A stretch of 64,000 nucleotides of DNA from Macrostomum lignano (GCA_002269645.1 NIVC01003615.1:23620-87619); one strand, 5' to 3'. Numbered from the stretch's first letter, positions 11,101-31,150 are shown. Notes: generated by a model from the letters alone, not told the origin. Numbers and translations: made by a program.

Positions 11101-14100
11101 CGTCTCTTCTCTCACCCCACCATCTCTTCTCTCACCCTCCATCTGTTCTCTCACCCCATCTGGTCTGTCACCCCATCTGTTCTCTCGCCCACCATCTGTT
11201 CTCTCACCCCACCATCTGTTCTCTCCCCCTCCGTCTCTTCTCTCACCCCACCATCTCTTCTCTCACCCCACCATCTCTTCTCTCACCCCATCTGTTCTCT
11301 CACCCCATCTGTTCTCTCGCCCACCATCTGTTCTCTCACCCCACCATCTCTTCTCCCCCCCTCCATCTGTTCTCTCACCCCATCTGTTCTCTCACTCTCC
11401 ATCTCTTCTCTCACCCACCATCTCTTCTCTCACCCCACCATCTGATCTCTCACCCCACCATCTCTTCTCTCACCCCAACATCTGATCTCTCACCCCACCA
11501 TCTCTTCTCTCACCCCACCATCTCTTCTCTCACCCTCCATCTGTTCTCTCACCCCATCTGGTCTGTCACCCCATCTGTTCTCTCGCCCACCATCTGTTCT
11601 CTCACCCCACCATCTGTTCTCTCCCCCTCCGTCTCTTCTCTCACCCCACCATCTCTTCTCTCACCCCACCATCTCTTCTCTCACCCCATCTGTTCTCTCA
11701 CCCCATCTGTTCTCTCGCCCACCATCTGTTCTCTCACCCCACCATCTGTTCTCTCCCCCTCCATCTGTTCTCTCACCCCATCTGTTCTCTCACTCTCCAT
11801 CTCTTCTCTCACCCACCATCTCTTCTCTCACCCCACCATCTGATCTCTCACCCCACCATCTCTTCTCTCACCCCAACATCTGATCTCTCACCCCACCATC
11901 TCTTCTCTCACCCCAACATCTCTTCTCTCACCCCACCATCTCTTCTCTCACCCCACCATCTGTTCTCTCACCCACCATCTCTTCTCTCACCCAACCATCT
12001 GTTCTCTCACCCACCATCTCTTCTCTCACCCAACCATCTCTTCTCTCACCCCCACCATCTGTTCTCTCGCCCCACCATCTGTTCTCTCACCCCACCATCT
12101 GTTCTCTCCCCCTCCGTCTCTTCTCTCACCCCACCATCTCTTCTCTCACCCCACCATCTCTTCTCTCACCCCATCTGTTCTCTCACCCCATCTGTTCTCT
12201 CGCCCACCATCTGTTCTCTCACCCCACCATCTGTTCTCTCCCCCTCCATCTGTTCTCTCACCCCATCTGTTCTCTCACTCTCCATCTCTTCTCTCACCCA
12301 CCATCTCTTCTCTCACCCCACCATCTGATCTCTCACCCCACCATCTCTTCTCTCACCCCAACATCTGATCTCTCACCCCACCATCTCTTCTCTCACCCCA
12401 ACATCTCTTCTCTCACCCCACCATCTCTTCTCTCACCCCACCATCTGTTCTCTCACCCACCATCTCTTCTCTCACCCAACCATCTGTTCTCTCACCCACC
12501 ATCTCTTCTCTCACCCAACCATCTCTTCTCTCACCCCCACCATCTGTTCTCTCGCCCCACCATCTGTTCTCTCACCCCACCATCTGTTCTCTCCCCCTCC
12601 GTCTCTTCTCTCACCCCACCATCTCTTCTCTCACCCCACCATCTCTTCTCTCACCCCATCTGTTCTCTCACCCCATCTGTTCTCTCGCCCACCATCTGTT
12701 CTCTCACCCCACCATCTGTTCTCTCCCCCTCCATCTGTTCTCTCACCCCATCTGTTCTCTCACTCTCCATCTCTTCTCTCACCCACCATCTCTTCTCTCA
12801 CCCCACCATCTGATCTCTCACCCCACCATCTCTTCTCTCACCCCAACATCTGATCTCTCACCCCACCATCTCTTCTCTCACCCCAACATCTCTTCTCTCA
12901 CCCCACCATCTCTTCTCTCACCCCACCATCTGTTCTCTCACCCACCATCTCTTCTCTCACCCAACCATCTGTTCTCTCACCCACCATCTCTTCTCTCACC
13001 CAACCATCTCTTCTCTCACCCCCACCATCTGTTCTCTCGCCCCACCATCTGTTCTCTCACCCCACCATCTCTTCTCTCACCTCTCCATCTCTTCTCTCAT
13101 CCTTCCATCTCTTCTCTCACCCACCATCTCTTCTCTCACCCCTTTCTTCCACCTCCCCTCTATCTCATCTTTCATCCCACCAAGCAAAAGCTCCCGCCCC
13201 CGCACCGCCACCAGTGCCTGTTCATGCACTCGCTGAGGAGATTTCTGTTGCGCGACTGGAGCATCGAGCAGCGCTGGATGGCCCTCCTGCTGCCCCTGCT
13301 GCTGCTGTACAACGGTAAGCCGCCTTTATTTTTTAAAGTCTCAATTGCCTATTATAAGTAGCCTAGGCTGAATTGCTTGCGGTATTGCAGATCCGCTGCT
13401 GCCGCTAACGTTTTTGGTGAATCACTGGCTGCCGAGCATGCTGGACACCGTGTTCCAGGCCACCTTCCTGTGCGCCCTGCTCATGTTCTGGCTGTGCATC
13501 TATCACAGCGTGCGCGAGGTGAGGGCGCTTGTGATCGGCTGTTTGTGGGGTCATGCTCTATATGTACACTTAGCAGGATCATTTTCAAGTATGTATGCTA
13601 GCTGGGTGATGTTCAAAGTATGTACACTAGCTGAGTCATGTTCAAGTATGTATGTACTACCAGGATCATGTTCAAGTATGTACATGTGCTAGCAGGATCA
13701 TGTTCAATTATGTACATGTGTTAGCAGAATCATGTTAAATCATGTAAATGTGTTAGCATGATCATGTTCAATAATGTACATGTGTTAGCAGGATCATGTT
13801 CAATTATGTACTAGCAGGATCATGTTTAAGTATGTAAATGTGTTAGCAGGATCATGTTCAATTATGTACTAGCAGGATCATGTTTAAGTATGTAAATGTG
13901 TTAGCAGGATCATGTTCAAGTATGTACATGTGCTAGCAGGATCATGTTTAAGTATGTAAATGTGTTAGCAGGATCATGTTCAAGTATGTACATGTGCTAG
14001 CAGGATCATGTTCAAGTATTGTAGGATTTGTAGGTACATCTGCAAGCAAAATCATACTCAGGCAGACATAACTAGCATATTAGCGGAATCCTCTTTAAGC

Positions 14101-16157
14101 ATGCACTATTAGTACCGTGTTCGATTGCTCCAACTTACCTACGAGTACTTAAGTAGCATAATTGCGATGTTTAGAACGAGCGGCACTTCTGCCGGTTTTA
14201 CCTGCCCAAGCTGGTTATTGTGGCCGCGATGTGGCTCTTTGCTCTGGTCATCTCGGGCTGGCAGACCGCTCACGAACTGCGGGATCCGACCTATTTTTAT
14301 CGACTGGACACCGGCAATTTTATGGTGAGAACCGGGCAGGCATGGGTCTAGCAATCCTCGGATTTTGACGCTTCCATTTTGTCACCCTAAATTCGCAGGC
14401 GCTTAAAGTGACTTTTCTGACCATTTGCGGACTTTACGTGCTTTACCTGGTCTACTTGGTGGTTCGGGCGTTTGCCGAGCTGAGATCTATGCCCTACTTT
14501 GGTGAGCTTTCAACCTGCAGATTTTATTTTCGATACATATCGGCTCCGAGGTTATTTTTGTATTTTCTGTGCATATCGGCTTCTAGCCTACTTTGTATTT
14601 TCTATACATATCGGCTCCGAGGCTATTTTTTAATTTTCTATACATATCCGCTCCGAGGCTATTTTGTATTTTCGATACATATCGGCTCCGAGGACATTTT
14701 GTATTTTCGATACATATCGGCTCCGAGGCTATTTTTATTTTCTATGCATATCGGTTCCAAGGCTATTTTGTATTTTCTATACATATCGGCTGCCGTAATT
14801 TTATTTAAATCCTTTTGATGCATATCGGTTGAGATGCTACTGTTTTTGATACATATCACTTTCTCCTTCCTTCGAACGCTCAGATCTTCGCCTGAAGTTT
14901 AGCACCTTCCTGATGCTGATAGTCATCGGGGTGACCATTGCCATTGCCGCCATGCGCTGGGGCTCCGGCGTGTTGGATGACAGCTTCGTCGCCGAGGTGT
15001 CCGCCCGCTACGACAATTCGGCTGAGTTCGTGTCATTCTACTGCCTGCTCAATTTCTACCTGTTCGCCATGGCCTTCGTGTACAGCCCGAGTAGGAACGC
15101 TGCTCACGGTGAGGCATATGGCTGGCTACTTAAAATCAGAATTTTTTAATACTACTGATCAGTGTCAGTAGTCAGTAGTATCATTGGCACATTCACCGAA
15201 TTTCTTTACAGAAACTCAATTCAAAGACGATCCCGGGGTCAGCATGGTCACTGATAGCGATGAGGATGCGGTGTACGAGTGAGTCGCTTTTAATTCTGGC
15301 AATTTCTGCAGCCTCTTTGACCTGCTCTGTCATGCACAGCTTTTTTGGAAAATCTGTTTGAAACTGTACTATCGCTTCCAATAAAATATGAGCATTCTCT
15401 TGCTCCCTGTCTTATTCAGTGTCTCACTCACTGCCTTCACCCACTGCTTCACTCACTCACTGCCTCACTCACTGCCTCACTCACTGCCTCACTCACTGCC
15501 TCACTCACTGTCTCACTCACTGCCTCACCCACTGCTTCACTCACTGCCTCACTCCCTGCCTCACCCACTGCTTCACTCACTCACTGCCTCACTCACTGCC
15601 TCACTCACTGCCTCACCCACTACCTCACCCACTGCTTCACTCACTCACTGCCTCACTCACTGCCTCACCCACTGCCTCACCCACTGCCTCACTCGCGCAC
15701 CCCACAGTCTAAGCGTGGGCATCCTGCGCCCCAACCGGCAGAGGCGGTCCGCCTCAGCGCTGCTCATGTGGGTATCGCAGCTGCGGAGCTGCATTTACAA
15801 GAATAAAATCAATTTTCTATTAGCCTCACTTAATGTTCTCAACACTTTTCCACAGTGATTTGGTTTTCGGATAATCTTAAAAAAGTTGCGAAAGAAAACT
15901 TAAATTTGCACCCCTGATTCTTGTGTTGTGATTGCTAATGACCTTTGTCTACTATCATTATTAGCTAAACAGCCGTCGCTCTGAAAGGAGCTTTGACTCC
16001 TCCTGATTGCGTTCCTGATAAATTAGTTATTAATTCACTTTGATTTTCATTTTCGCTCACTCTGTTCGTCACTTCATCAACCTGCAGGTCTGACGTCACC
16101 GAGAATTCCTTCATGCTGAAGCCGGGAGGCAGAGCGGCTGGCCTGGGCGCGCGCTAA
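8183..16157 (+). CDS. TMEM181: Transmembrane protein 181 (GPR178/Wntless-like family)
   Basis: Exons 8183-8441, 8548-8672, 10700-10909, 13215-13314, 13391-13518, 14175-14324, 14399-14501, 14884-15108, 15212-15278, possibly 15708-15767, and 16088-16157; GT-AG with consistent phases. Peptides MRLYTLSKRSFVLVF, RDWSIEQRWMALLLPLLLLYNDP, FYLPKL and YSPS match remembered TMEM181 sequence. Confidence 0.93.
8695..10640. repeat. Intronic minisatellite, 11-12-bp units (GCTGTAGTTTAT / GCTGTAGGTGT)
   Basis: Read directly; fills TMEM181 intron 2. Confidence 0.97.
10920..13140. repeat. Intronic CT-rich ~20-bp minisatellite (CCATCTCTTCTCTCACCCCA) with a ~485-bp higher-order period
   Basis: Read directly; an identical variant block recurs at 12001, 12486 and 12971. 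Confidence 0.95.
13560..14030. repeat. Intronic ~32-bp minisatellite (GTTCAAGTATGTACATGTGCTAGCAGGATCAT)
   Basis: About 14 degenerate copies in TMEM181 intron 5. Confidence 0.9.
14520..14795. repeat. Intronic ~35-bp minisatellite (ATACATATCGGCTCCGAGGCTATTTTGTATTTTCT)
   Basis: About 8 degenerate copies. Confidence 0.9.
15420..15695. repeat. Intronic 12-bp minisatellite (CACTGCCTCACT)
   Basis: Read directly. Confidence 0.93.
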
Positions 16158-16179
16158 GGCGGGCAATGGATCTCCGGGT

Positions 16180-16742
16180 CTCTCAGTCACTGTCTCTAAG
16201 TCCCTCATCCACTGTCCCCAAGTCCCTCATCCACTGTCCCCAAGTCCCTCACCCACTGTCCCCAAGTTCCTCACCCACTGTCCCCAAGTCCCTCACCCAC
16301 TGTCCCCAAGTCCCTCACCCACTGTCCCCAAGTTCCTCACCCACTGTCTCCAAGTCCTTTACCCACTGTCCCCAAGTCCCTCACCCACTGTCTCCAAGTC
16401 CCTCACCCACTGTCCCTAAGTCCCTCACCCACTGTCCCCAAGTCCCTAACCCAGTGTCCCCAAGTCCCTCACCCACTGTCCCCAAGTCCCTCACCCACTG
16501 TCCCCAAGTCCCTCACCTATTGTCCCCAAGTCCCTTACCCACTGTCCTTAAGTCCCTAACCCAGTGTCTCCAAGTCCCTTACCCACTGTCCTTAAGTCCC
16601 TCACCCACTGTCCTTAAGTCCCTCACCCACTGTCCTTAAGTCCCTCACCCACTGTCCCCAAGTCCCTCACCCACTGTCTCCAAATTCCTCATTCTGTCCC
16701 CAAGTCCCCACCCACTGTCCTTAAGTCCCTCACCCTGTCCCC
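16180..16742. repeat. 22-bp minisatellite (CCCAAGTCCCTCACCCACTGTC) just after the TMEM181 stop
   Basis: About 25 copies. Confidence 0.93.
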
Positions 16743-16992
16743 AATCAACCTACATAAAAAGTCAATAACAACAGTTTTTAATTTAATTTTCATATTTTAT
16801 GCATGCACAATATCGTTGTGCCCAAAACTGAGTATTTAAAAGGAAAAGTAAATTTTTTGAGTCACAGTCATTTGTGTCGTTTTTGACTTCCCAAGTTGCC
16901 CTTGTCAGTTTAAGCTTGTTGTCCATTTCCATGCGCAAATATTTGTATTAATAAGTGCTTCCCATTTTTATCTCGTTGGTCTCGGCTTCTCT

Positions 16993-17004
16993 GGTCACGT
17001 GACC
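16993..17004. promoter_or_regulatory. Palindromic E-box/CLEAR-like site GGTCACGTGACC
   Basis: Perfect 12-bp palindrome containing GTCACGTGAC, upstream of the probable 5' region of the next + strand gene; function unproven. Confidence 0.35.
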
Positions 17005-17369
17005 TGGTGATGGAGATATTTTTTCTAATCCGGGCTCCGAGTTCTGTTGTCTACGCCAGCTCTGCCCAAGCCTTGTGTGATGCCGTTTGTTTGTACAGAC
17101 TTCCCAAACATTTTTTCATTTTTTTGCCGTGTTCTTGAGGAGCCGGCTCTTCCCGTGCTCTGACAATATTTTTTTCTGCACGCGGTTTGTTGCTTCCAAA
17201 CTTTACTTATAAGCAGTTTATTAAAGTGCACCTTTTGGTTGGTTTTTGACAATTTTTGTTTATTTTTATTCTGTGCAACCCGTTCACTGGGGCTTCCTGC
17301 ATTCAGAGCTGTGTACGTCTGACCGCTGCTTTTGAGCTGCCTGCATCCGCCTCTGACTGCTCTTGTGAT

Positions 17370-18000
17370 CTGGCGTCTCCCTCTCACTCTCCCCCTCTCC
17401 CTCTCACTCTCCCCCTCTCCCTCTCCCTCTCACTCTCCCCTCTCCCTCTCACTCTCCCCTCTCACTCTCACTCTCATCCTCTCCCTCCCCCTCTCACTCT
17501 CCCCCCTCCCTCTCACTCTCCCCCTCCCTCTCACTCTCCCCTCTCCCTCTCTCTCTCACTCTCCCCCTCTCCCCTCACTCTCTCTCTCTTCCTCTCCCTC
17601 CCCCTCTCACTCTCCCCCCCTCCCTCTCACTCTCCCCTCTCCCTCTCACTCTCCCCCTCTCCCTCTCCCTCTCACTCTCCCCCTCTCCCTCTCACTCTCC
17701 CCCTCTCACTCTCTCTCATCCTCTCCCTCCCCCTCTCACTCTCCCCCCCTCCCTCTCACTCTCCCCCTCCCTCTCACTCTCCCCCTCTCCCTCTCTCTCT
17801 CACTCTCCCCCTCTCCCCTCACTCTCTCTCTCTTCCTCTCCCTCCCCCTCTCACTCTCCCCCCTCCCTCTCACTCTCCCCCTCTCCCTCTCACTCTCCCC
17901 CCTCCCTCTCACTCTCCCCCTCCCTCTCCCTCTCACTCTCCCCTCCCTCTCCCTCTCCCTTTCCATCTTCCTCTCTCCCTCTCCCTCTCTCCCTCAATCT
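17370..18000. repeat. CT-rich low-complexity tandem repeat (CTCTCACTCTCCCC-type)
   Basis: Read directly. Confidence 0.93.
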
Positions 18001-18829
18001 CCTTCTCTAGAGAGCTCACGTATTTATTTCTCTCCGACTCTCCCTTCCTCAGTTTCTGCTCCCCTTCTCGTTTACTTCCCATTACCAATGACTGTTCGTG
18101 TCTCCATTCCTTCATCGCTGCAGCAGCCCAGATTAAACGGAATACTGACATGCCGCAGATCCGGCCATAAAATCTTCCAATGACCGTTTTTTCGCACTAT
18201 CCTTATTCGGTAAAGTTTTGTGATCCCTTCTGTCCCCCACCCCGCCTCTATGCACTGCTGACGCTGAACTTCTGGCTTGAGCACCTGCTCAAATATAATG
18301 AAATTCGGCCCAGGCTGTGGTGTAACAACAGCAGATCTGTTAAAATGTTCTTTTTTTGAAATGAGCAAAACTAACCCTTTGAATTTGTATTTACAAACGC
18401 ATTCCTATTGTTTTAACTGTGTTTTAATCAGAATTTAAGCAAGATCCCAGACTAAGCCGCTGCCGTGATGAGGGCTTCAGGCGCTTCAAGGACCCTGAGC
18501 TCGCGCACACGCTCAAATCTGATTAAATATCGCTCGATTTCTACAAAGTCAAGGAAGCGAAACTTTAAAGTTCACGTCAAGTTAAATTTCTACCACTTTA
18601 ACTTGTCTTACTTTTAGAGCTATTAGATTTGAGAACTTGAAAAGGCGTCTCAAAGGAACAAGATGAGCGCGAAAGTGCAACAGCAAGGAAGCAAGTATAG
18701 TTGAACATGGCAAACAATTGTCTGAAAGTTCACCACATTGACGGTATAAATGTAGCCTCTCTATCCAGCCCTCGGGGTCCTTTGCAACTTTACAATAGCA
18801 ATCCGATCCGCTCAAGGTTTGTCTCTTCT

Positions 18830-19190
18830 CAGCTCTCCTCTCTCTAATCGCGTCTTCTCTTTTCTCTTCTCTCTCCTCTCCTCTCCTCTCCTCTCCTCCC
18901 CTCTCCTTTCTCGCACTTATTTTTTCTCCTTTTTCCTCTCCTCTCCCCTCTCTCCTTTCCTCTCATCTCCTCTCCTTTCCTCTCATCTCCTCTCCTCTCC
19001 TCTCCTTTCCTCTCCTCTCCTCTCCTCTCCTCTTCTTTCCTCTCCTCTCCTCTCCTTTCCTCTCCTCTCCTCTCCTTTCCTCTCCTCTCCTTTCCTCTCC
19101 TTTCCTCTCCTTTCCTCTCCTTTCCTCTCCTCTCCTTTCCTCTCCTTTCCTCTCCTCTCCTCTCCTCTTCTCTCCTCTCTTTTCTCTCTT
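18830..19190. repeat. (CTCCT/TTCCT)n pentanucleotide microsatellite
   Basis: Read directly. Confidence 0.93.
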
Positions 19191-19794
19191 TTCTATTTGA
19201 TTTCCCTCTCCCCTCCTCAGGCCCGCAGTCATGCTTTAGGTTCTCTATCTGGTCCTGGAGGCAAAAAGTTTGCTCACCCCTGATGTAGATAGTCACTCCT
19301 GTGGAATAATAACAATATTTTTCTCTTCATTTGCTACAATCTTTAGTGTATCTTCTTGGATGGTCTTGGATCGGTTTAAGGGCAAGAAATGCTTTGGTTT
19401 CTCCTTGCAAAACTACGTTCTTTAGTTCCTTTATTTGCCTAGTTACTTAGCGTATCAGTTTTTTAATTGATTAAATATCAAAGACAGTCAAAGAATCGTG
19501 GACCATTTGCTAGACTGTTGCAGTTTAGCTAGTTGGGCCAAATTAAATGCTGCTGTTGCCTACCTTGCTACCATAGACAAAAGCTGCATTATTTTAATAA
19601 ACATATTTTCGATTAAATTCCATTCGTGTAAGCACAATTATTAAGAAATATTTCTAAAAATAGAAATCCCTTTTGAGTACGTAAAAAGGACTTCTATTGA
19701 ACCATTCGATCACAGAAATTCTATTCGATTAAAACAATTGATTAGGTACCATCATCGTTCGTTCCAAAACTATAGTCATTTTTTTTTTCAAAAG

Positions 19795-22628
19795 ACATTC
19801 GACTGCCAGAATTTGCTGTGCGTCATGAACGATGACCAGCCAATGCGGGAGCCCCGAAGTATGCTGCGCGTCTGCTTGTGGGAGGAAGAGCTGCGGGAGC
19901 TCGGGGTCAGTGAGCAGTGCTCCAAACTGCTCGACTTCACCTGCAGGAGCCTCGTTGTGACGCCGTTCCACTTCTCTGAGTCCACCGTCAAGGTAGGGAT
20001 GAGGTAGGGATGGAGTAGGGATGGGGTAGGGATGGAGTATAGGGATGTGGTATAGGGATGGGGTATAGGGATGGGGTAGGGATGGGGTATAGGGATGGGG
20101 TAGGGATGGAGTATAGGGATGTGGTATAGGGATGGGGTATAGGGATGGGGTAGGGATGGGGTATAGGGATGGGGTATAGGGATGGGGTAGGGATGGGGTA
20201 AGGATGGGTTAGGGATTGAGTAGGGATGGGTTGGGGTAGGGATGGGTTGGGGTAGGGATGGGCCCTGCGGGTTGCGGGTTCCACCATGGGGTTGACTGCT
20301 TGCCTTTGTATGCTTTTAGAAGCCACGAGGCTTCGAAGGCAGCAGTGAGCGATTCCGTGAGCACGGTCGCTAGGTAGTGATGGAGACTGGTATGCTAGTG
20401 CTCCAGTGGGTGTGGTAGCTAAGTGACACTGGTAGCTAAGTGCTTCCCCTGAGCGTCCAGCTTTCCTGGATAAGGATGGTCCCCCTTAGGGTGTTCAGGA
20501 CAATGTGCTGCAGGTTAGCCTTGCAAGATAGTCATGTTTGCTGTCTAGGGATCAGCTTCAGCTTCAGCTTCATTGAGCTGAATGAAGAGCAGCTCATTCT
20601 CAGCGTCATCGGTGAGGGTTGAGCTGTCTTCGTCCATTGGCTCAGGCTCAGCCGCTTTCCCAGCCGCAGAGGCGGACGCTGCGTCTGTGGCAGGTGGTGC
20701 ACCTGACCGCTCTGCGCCGCCTTCCTCCTCGGCGACTGGTGTACGGCTGCTGGCCTCGCCTTGCGCCTCGCCGTCGGGAATCTGGACTCTGTCGGCAGCA
20801 GTCTCCTTGGTAGCAGCCCCACCTGTTGAACGATCGAGCTATATCTTCTTCCAGTTCCTTTGGCTGGTGGCATGCCAGCAGGAATACACCCTCATTGAGT
20901 GTCCGAGGATACGGTGGTTCCTGACGGCCCAGCCGCGTCACCAGACTTATCCCATCGCCTCATCATCTCATTTCCTCATCATCTCATTTCCTCATCATCT
21001 CATCGCCTCATCATCTCATCGCCTCATCATCTCATCGCCTCATCATCTCATCGCCTCATCATCTCATTTCCTCATCATCTCATTTCCTCATCATCTCATT
21101 TCCTCATCATCTCATTTCCTCATCATCTCATTTCCTCATCATCTCATTTCCTCATCATCTCATTACCTCATTATCTCATCGCCTCGCTGCATTTCCAACT
21201 GCCATTTTTTAATCTTCCCAGACACCGGCGGCTCTGGTGCTTCTGATGCTGGCTCTGTCCGTGACCTTCTATCGCAGATTTGTCGGTGACCCCAATGTTG
21301 AAAACGACCATCCAGATGGAGCTAGTGAGAGACTCAGAGTTGCTCAAAGTTTTGCTTAAAATTAGTTTTTTTTATCTGGTTCTTCCTGTACGCTCGTATA
21401 GTCTATGAATCGCATACAGTAAACAGCAAACCTGTAGCCTGTAGATACAGAAAACAGCAAATCTGTAGCCTGTAGATACAAAAATCAGCAAACCTGTAGC
21501 CTGTAGATACAGAAAACAGCAAAACCTGTAGCCTGTAGATACAGAAAACAGCAAATCCGTAGCCTGTAGATACAGAAAACAGCAAAACCTGTAGCCTTTA
21601 GAAAACAGCAAAACCTTGTTGCTAGGGAAGTTCCTGGTGCTGCACAAGGCCAGCCGGGAGTGCCTGGACAAGCAGGCAGTGGAGACGGTCTGCCGCACCC
21701 TGGAGGAGATGGTCAGCGACTCCATGAAGGGCCTGTCCAGCAGGGAGATCTGGGCCTACGAGGTTGTGCATCTGCAGAAGCTGCGCGAACTCGGATACAA
21801 GTGAGCCAATCTCCATCTGGATTATGAAGCTGCCTGATGCTGACTCTTGCATACCGTCCTCACCCTCCGTCACCCTCTCACCCTCCGTCACCCTCTCACC
21901 CTCCGTCACCCTCTCACCCTCCGTCACCCTCTCACCCTCCGTCACCCTCTCACCCTCCGTCACCCTCTCACCCTCCGTCACCCTCTCACCCTCCGTCACC
22001 CTCTCACCCTCCGTCACCCTCCGTCACCCTCTCACCCTCCGTCACCCTCTCACCCTCCGTCACCCTCTCACCCTCCGTCACCCTCTCACCCTCCGTCACC
22101 CTCTCACCCTCCGTCACCCTCTCACCCTCCGTCACCCTCTCACCCTTCGTCACCCTCTCACCCTTCGTCACCCTCTCACCCTCCGTCACCCTCTCACCCT
22201 CCGTCACCCTCTCACCCTTCGTCACCCTCTCAACCTTCGTCACCCTCTCACCCTCCGTCACCCTCTCACCCTCCGTCACCCTCTCACCCTCCGTCACCCT
22301 CTCACCCTTCGTCACCCTCTCACCCTCCGTCACTCTCTCATTCTCTGTCACCCTCCGTTACCTCCGTCGCCCCCGCAGGCTGCTGGAGTTCCTGGACGAT
22401 TTGAAACGCGACACGCGCGACTCGCACAACCTGGCGCCCACGCAGGTGCTGACGGACGTCGCCATGACGCTGGTGCTGGAACGCGAGGTCCGCTGCCTCA
22501 CCAACCGTGACAAGGAAGTGCCGGTGCACGCCTTCTCGGCATTCAGCCAGAGCGTCGCCGACCAGGTTGACAACAAAGCTATCGAGGGCATGCACGACCT
22601 GCTTGAGCACACCAGGATGGCCGCCTGA
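19795..22628 (+). CDS. Uncharacterised multi-exon protein; 3' four exons, 5' end unresolved
   Basis: Exons 19795-19992, 21222-21285, 21626-21800 and 22379-22628 join in frame (phases 0,1,2) with GT-AG and GC3-rich codons. Peptide TFDCQNLLCVMNDD...TPAALVLLMLALSVTFYRRFVGKFLVLHKASRECLDK...HDLLEHTRMAA*. No family recognised. Confidence 0.75.
19993..20260. repeat. 12-14-bp repeat (GTAGGGATGGG) beginning exactly at the splice donor
   Basis: AAG|GTAGGGATG... repeated about 20 times. Confidence 0.9.
20270..20940 (-). mobile_element. Internally deleted R1/LOA-like non-LTR retrotransposon relic (ORF1 tail plus start of ORF2)
   Basis: The minus strand shows an acidic ORF1-like tail ending ...EAEAEADP*. 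ATG at 20535 then gives MTILQ/ANLQH...ILIQESW (AP-endonuclease N-terminus, one frameshift), then LTAAFEAS and TPWWNP (about 20277-20290), motifs typical of R1/LOA ORF2. Confidence 0.65.
20950..21190. repeat. 16-bp minisatellite (TCATCTCATTTCCTCA)
   Basis: Read directly. Confidence 0.92.
21415..21612. repeat. ~32-bp minisatellite (ACAGAAAACAGCAAAACCTGTAGCCTGTAGAT)
   Basis: About 6 copies directly upstream of the 21626 acceptor. Confidence 0.9.
21855..22365. repeat. 18-bp minisatellite (CCCTCCGTCACCCTCTCA)
   Basis: Read directly; merges into the 22379 acceptor. Confidence 0.95.
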
Positions 22629-22709
22629 GCAGCCCAAGCCGCCAAAACATGAGTCAAACATTGACTGACAGTCTGATGGAGAGAATGAGGCTGGAGTGCT
22701 CATCGAATT

Positions 22710-23400
22710 AGACCCTCTACAGATGCTTACAGACCCTCTACAGATGCTTACAGACCCTCTACAGATGCTTACAGACCCTCTACAGATGCTTACAGACCCT
22801 CTACAGATGCTTACAGACCCTCTACAGATGCTTACAGACCCTCTACAGATGCTTACAGACCCTCTACAGATGCTTACAGACCCTCTACAGATGCTTACAG
22901 ACCCTCTACAGATGCTTACAGACCCTCTACAGATGCTTACAGACCCTCTACAGATGCTTACAGACCCTCTACAGATGCTTACAGACCCTCTACAGATGCT
23001 TACAGACCCTCTACAGATGCTTACATACCCTCTACAGATGCTTACAGACCCTCTACAGATGCTTACATACCCTCTACAGATGCTTACAGACCCTCTACAG
23101 ATGCTTACAGACCCTCTACAGATGCTTACAGACCCTCTACAGATGCTTACAGACCCTCTACAGATGCTTACAGACCCTCTACAGATGCTTACAGACCCTC
23201 TACAGATGCTTACAGACCCTCTACAGATGCTTACAGACCCTCTACAGATGCTTACAGACCCTCTACAGATGCTTACAGACCCTCTACAGATGCTTACAGA
23301 CCCTCTACAGATGCTTACAGACCCTCTACAGATGCTTACAGACCCTCCCTCTACAGATGCTTACAGACCCTCTAGAGATGTTCTACAGACCTCTACAGAT
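22710..23400. repeat. Near-perfect 21-bp minisatellite (GACCCTCTACAGATGCTTACA)
   Basis: About 30 nearly identical copies between two convergent genes. Confidence 0.97.
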
Positions 23401-23696
23401 ACTTTTTACAGATATTTTATAGGTGCTCTACAGAAAATCTACAGATAGTCTACAGGACTTCTAACTTCCGATAGCCGCAAATCCTCAATAAATTATCAGT
23501 CACCCTGAGCGTGGCTATTTTGAATATCCTCCCAAATTTCCAGATGTAGTGTTTCAATAATAAAATCACAAAGTTTGATTAAACATTTGCAAAACAACAT
23601 TCTAACTGGCTTGTTATAATAGTTCTAAATCATTTTCAATCTGCCTACTCGAAAGCAGTAAAAATTTATATTAGTTGCCGACAAATTCTGCCGCAG

Positions 23697-30377
<6,681 letters not shown>

Positions 30378-30648
30378 CCTGTGAGCAGTGCTTGGGGATT
30401 GAGACTCGGCGGCAACGCAGAGTTGATGAGCTTCGGTAAGTTTCCCGCGCTTGGCTGGTCGGTCGGAGCAGATAAAATGACTGTTGAAGTCAGAGATAAA
30501 GCTGCCACTCTGCCGTTCTTAGTAGCATTGGTTGACCTTCGCACCTGCTGAGCTGCTGATAACAGCGCTGTACAGTCAGCAACAGAGAGTGGATGAGTGA
30601 ACGCGCCTTTCATGTGTTCTTCAAGGTGTGCTTTGCCTTGGTCTGAGG

Positions 30649-31150
<502 letters not shown>

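Noticed and set aside
18072-18815. Short exon-like ORFs on both strands at 18.1-18.8 kb (e.g. MANNCLKV..., QDPRLSRC...)
   Set aside because: They could not be joined in phase to the 19795 exon without stops; probably UTR exons or noise.
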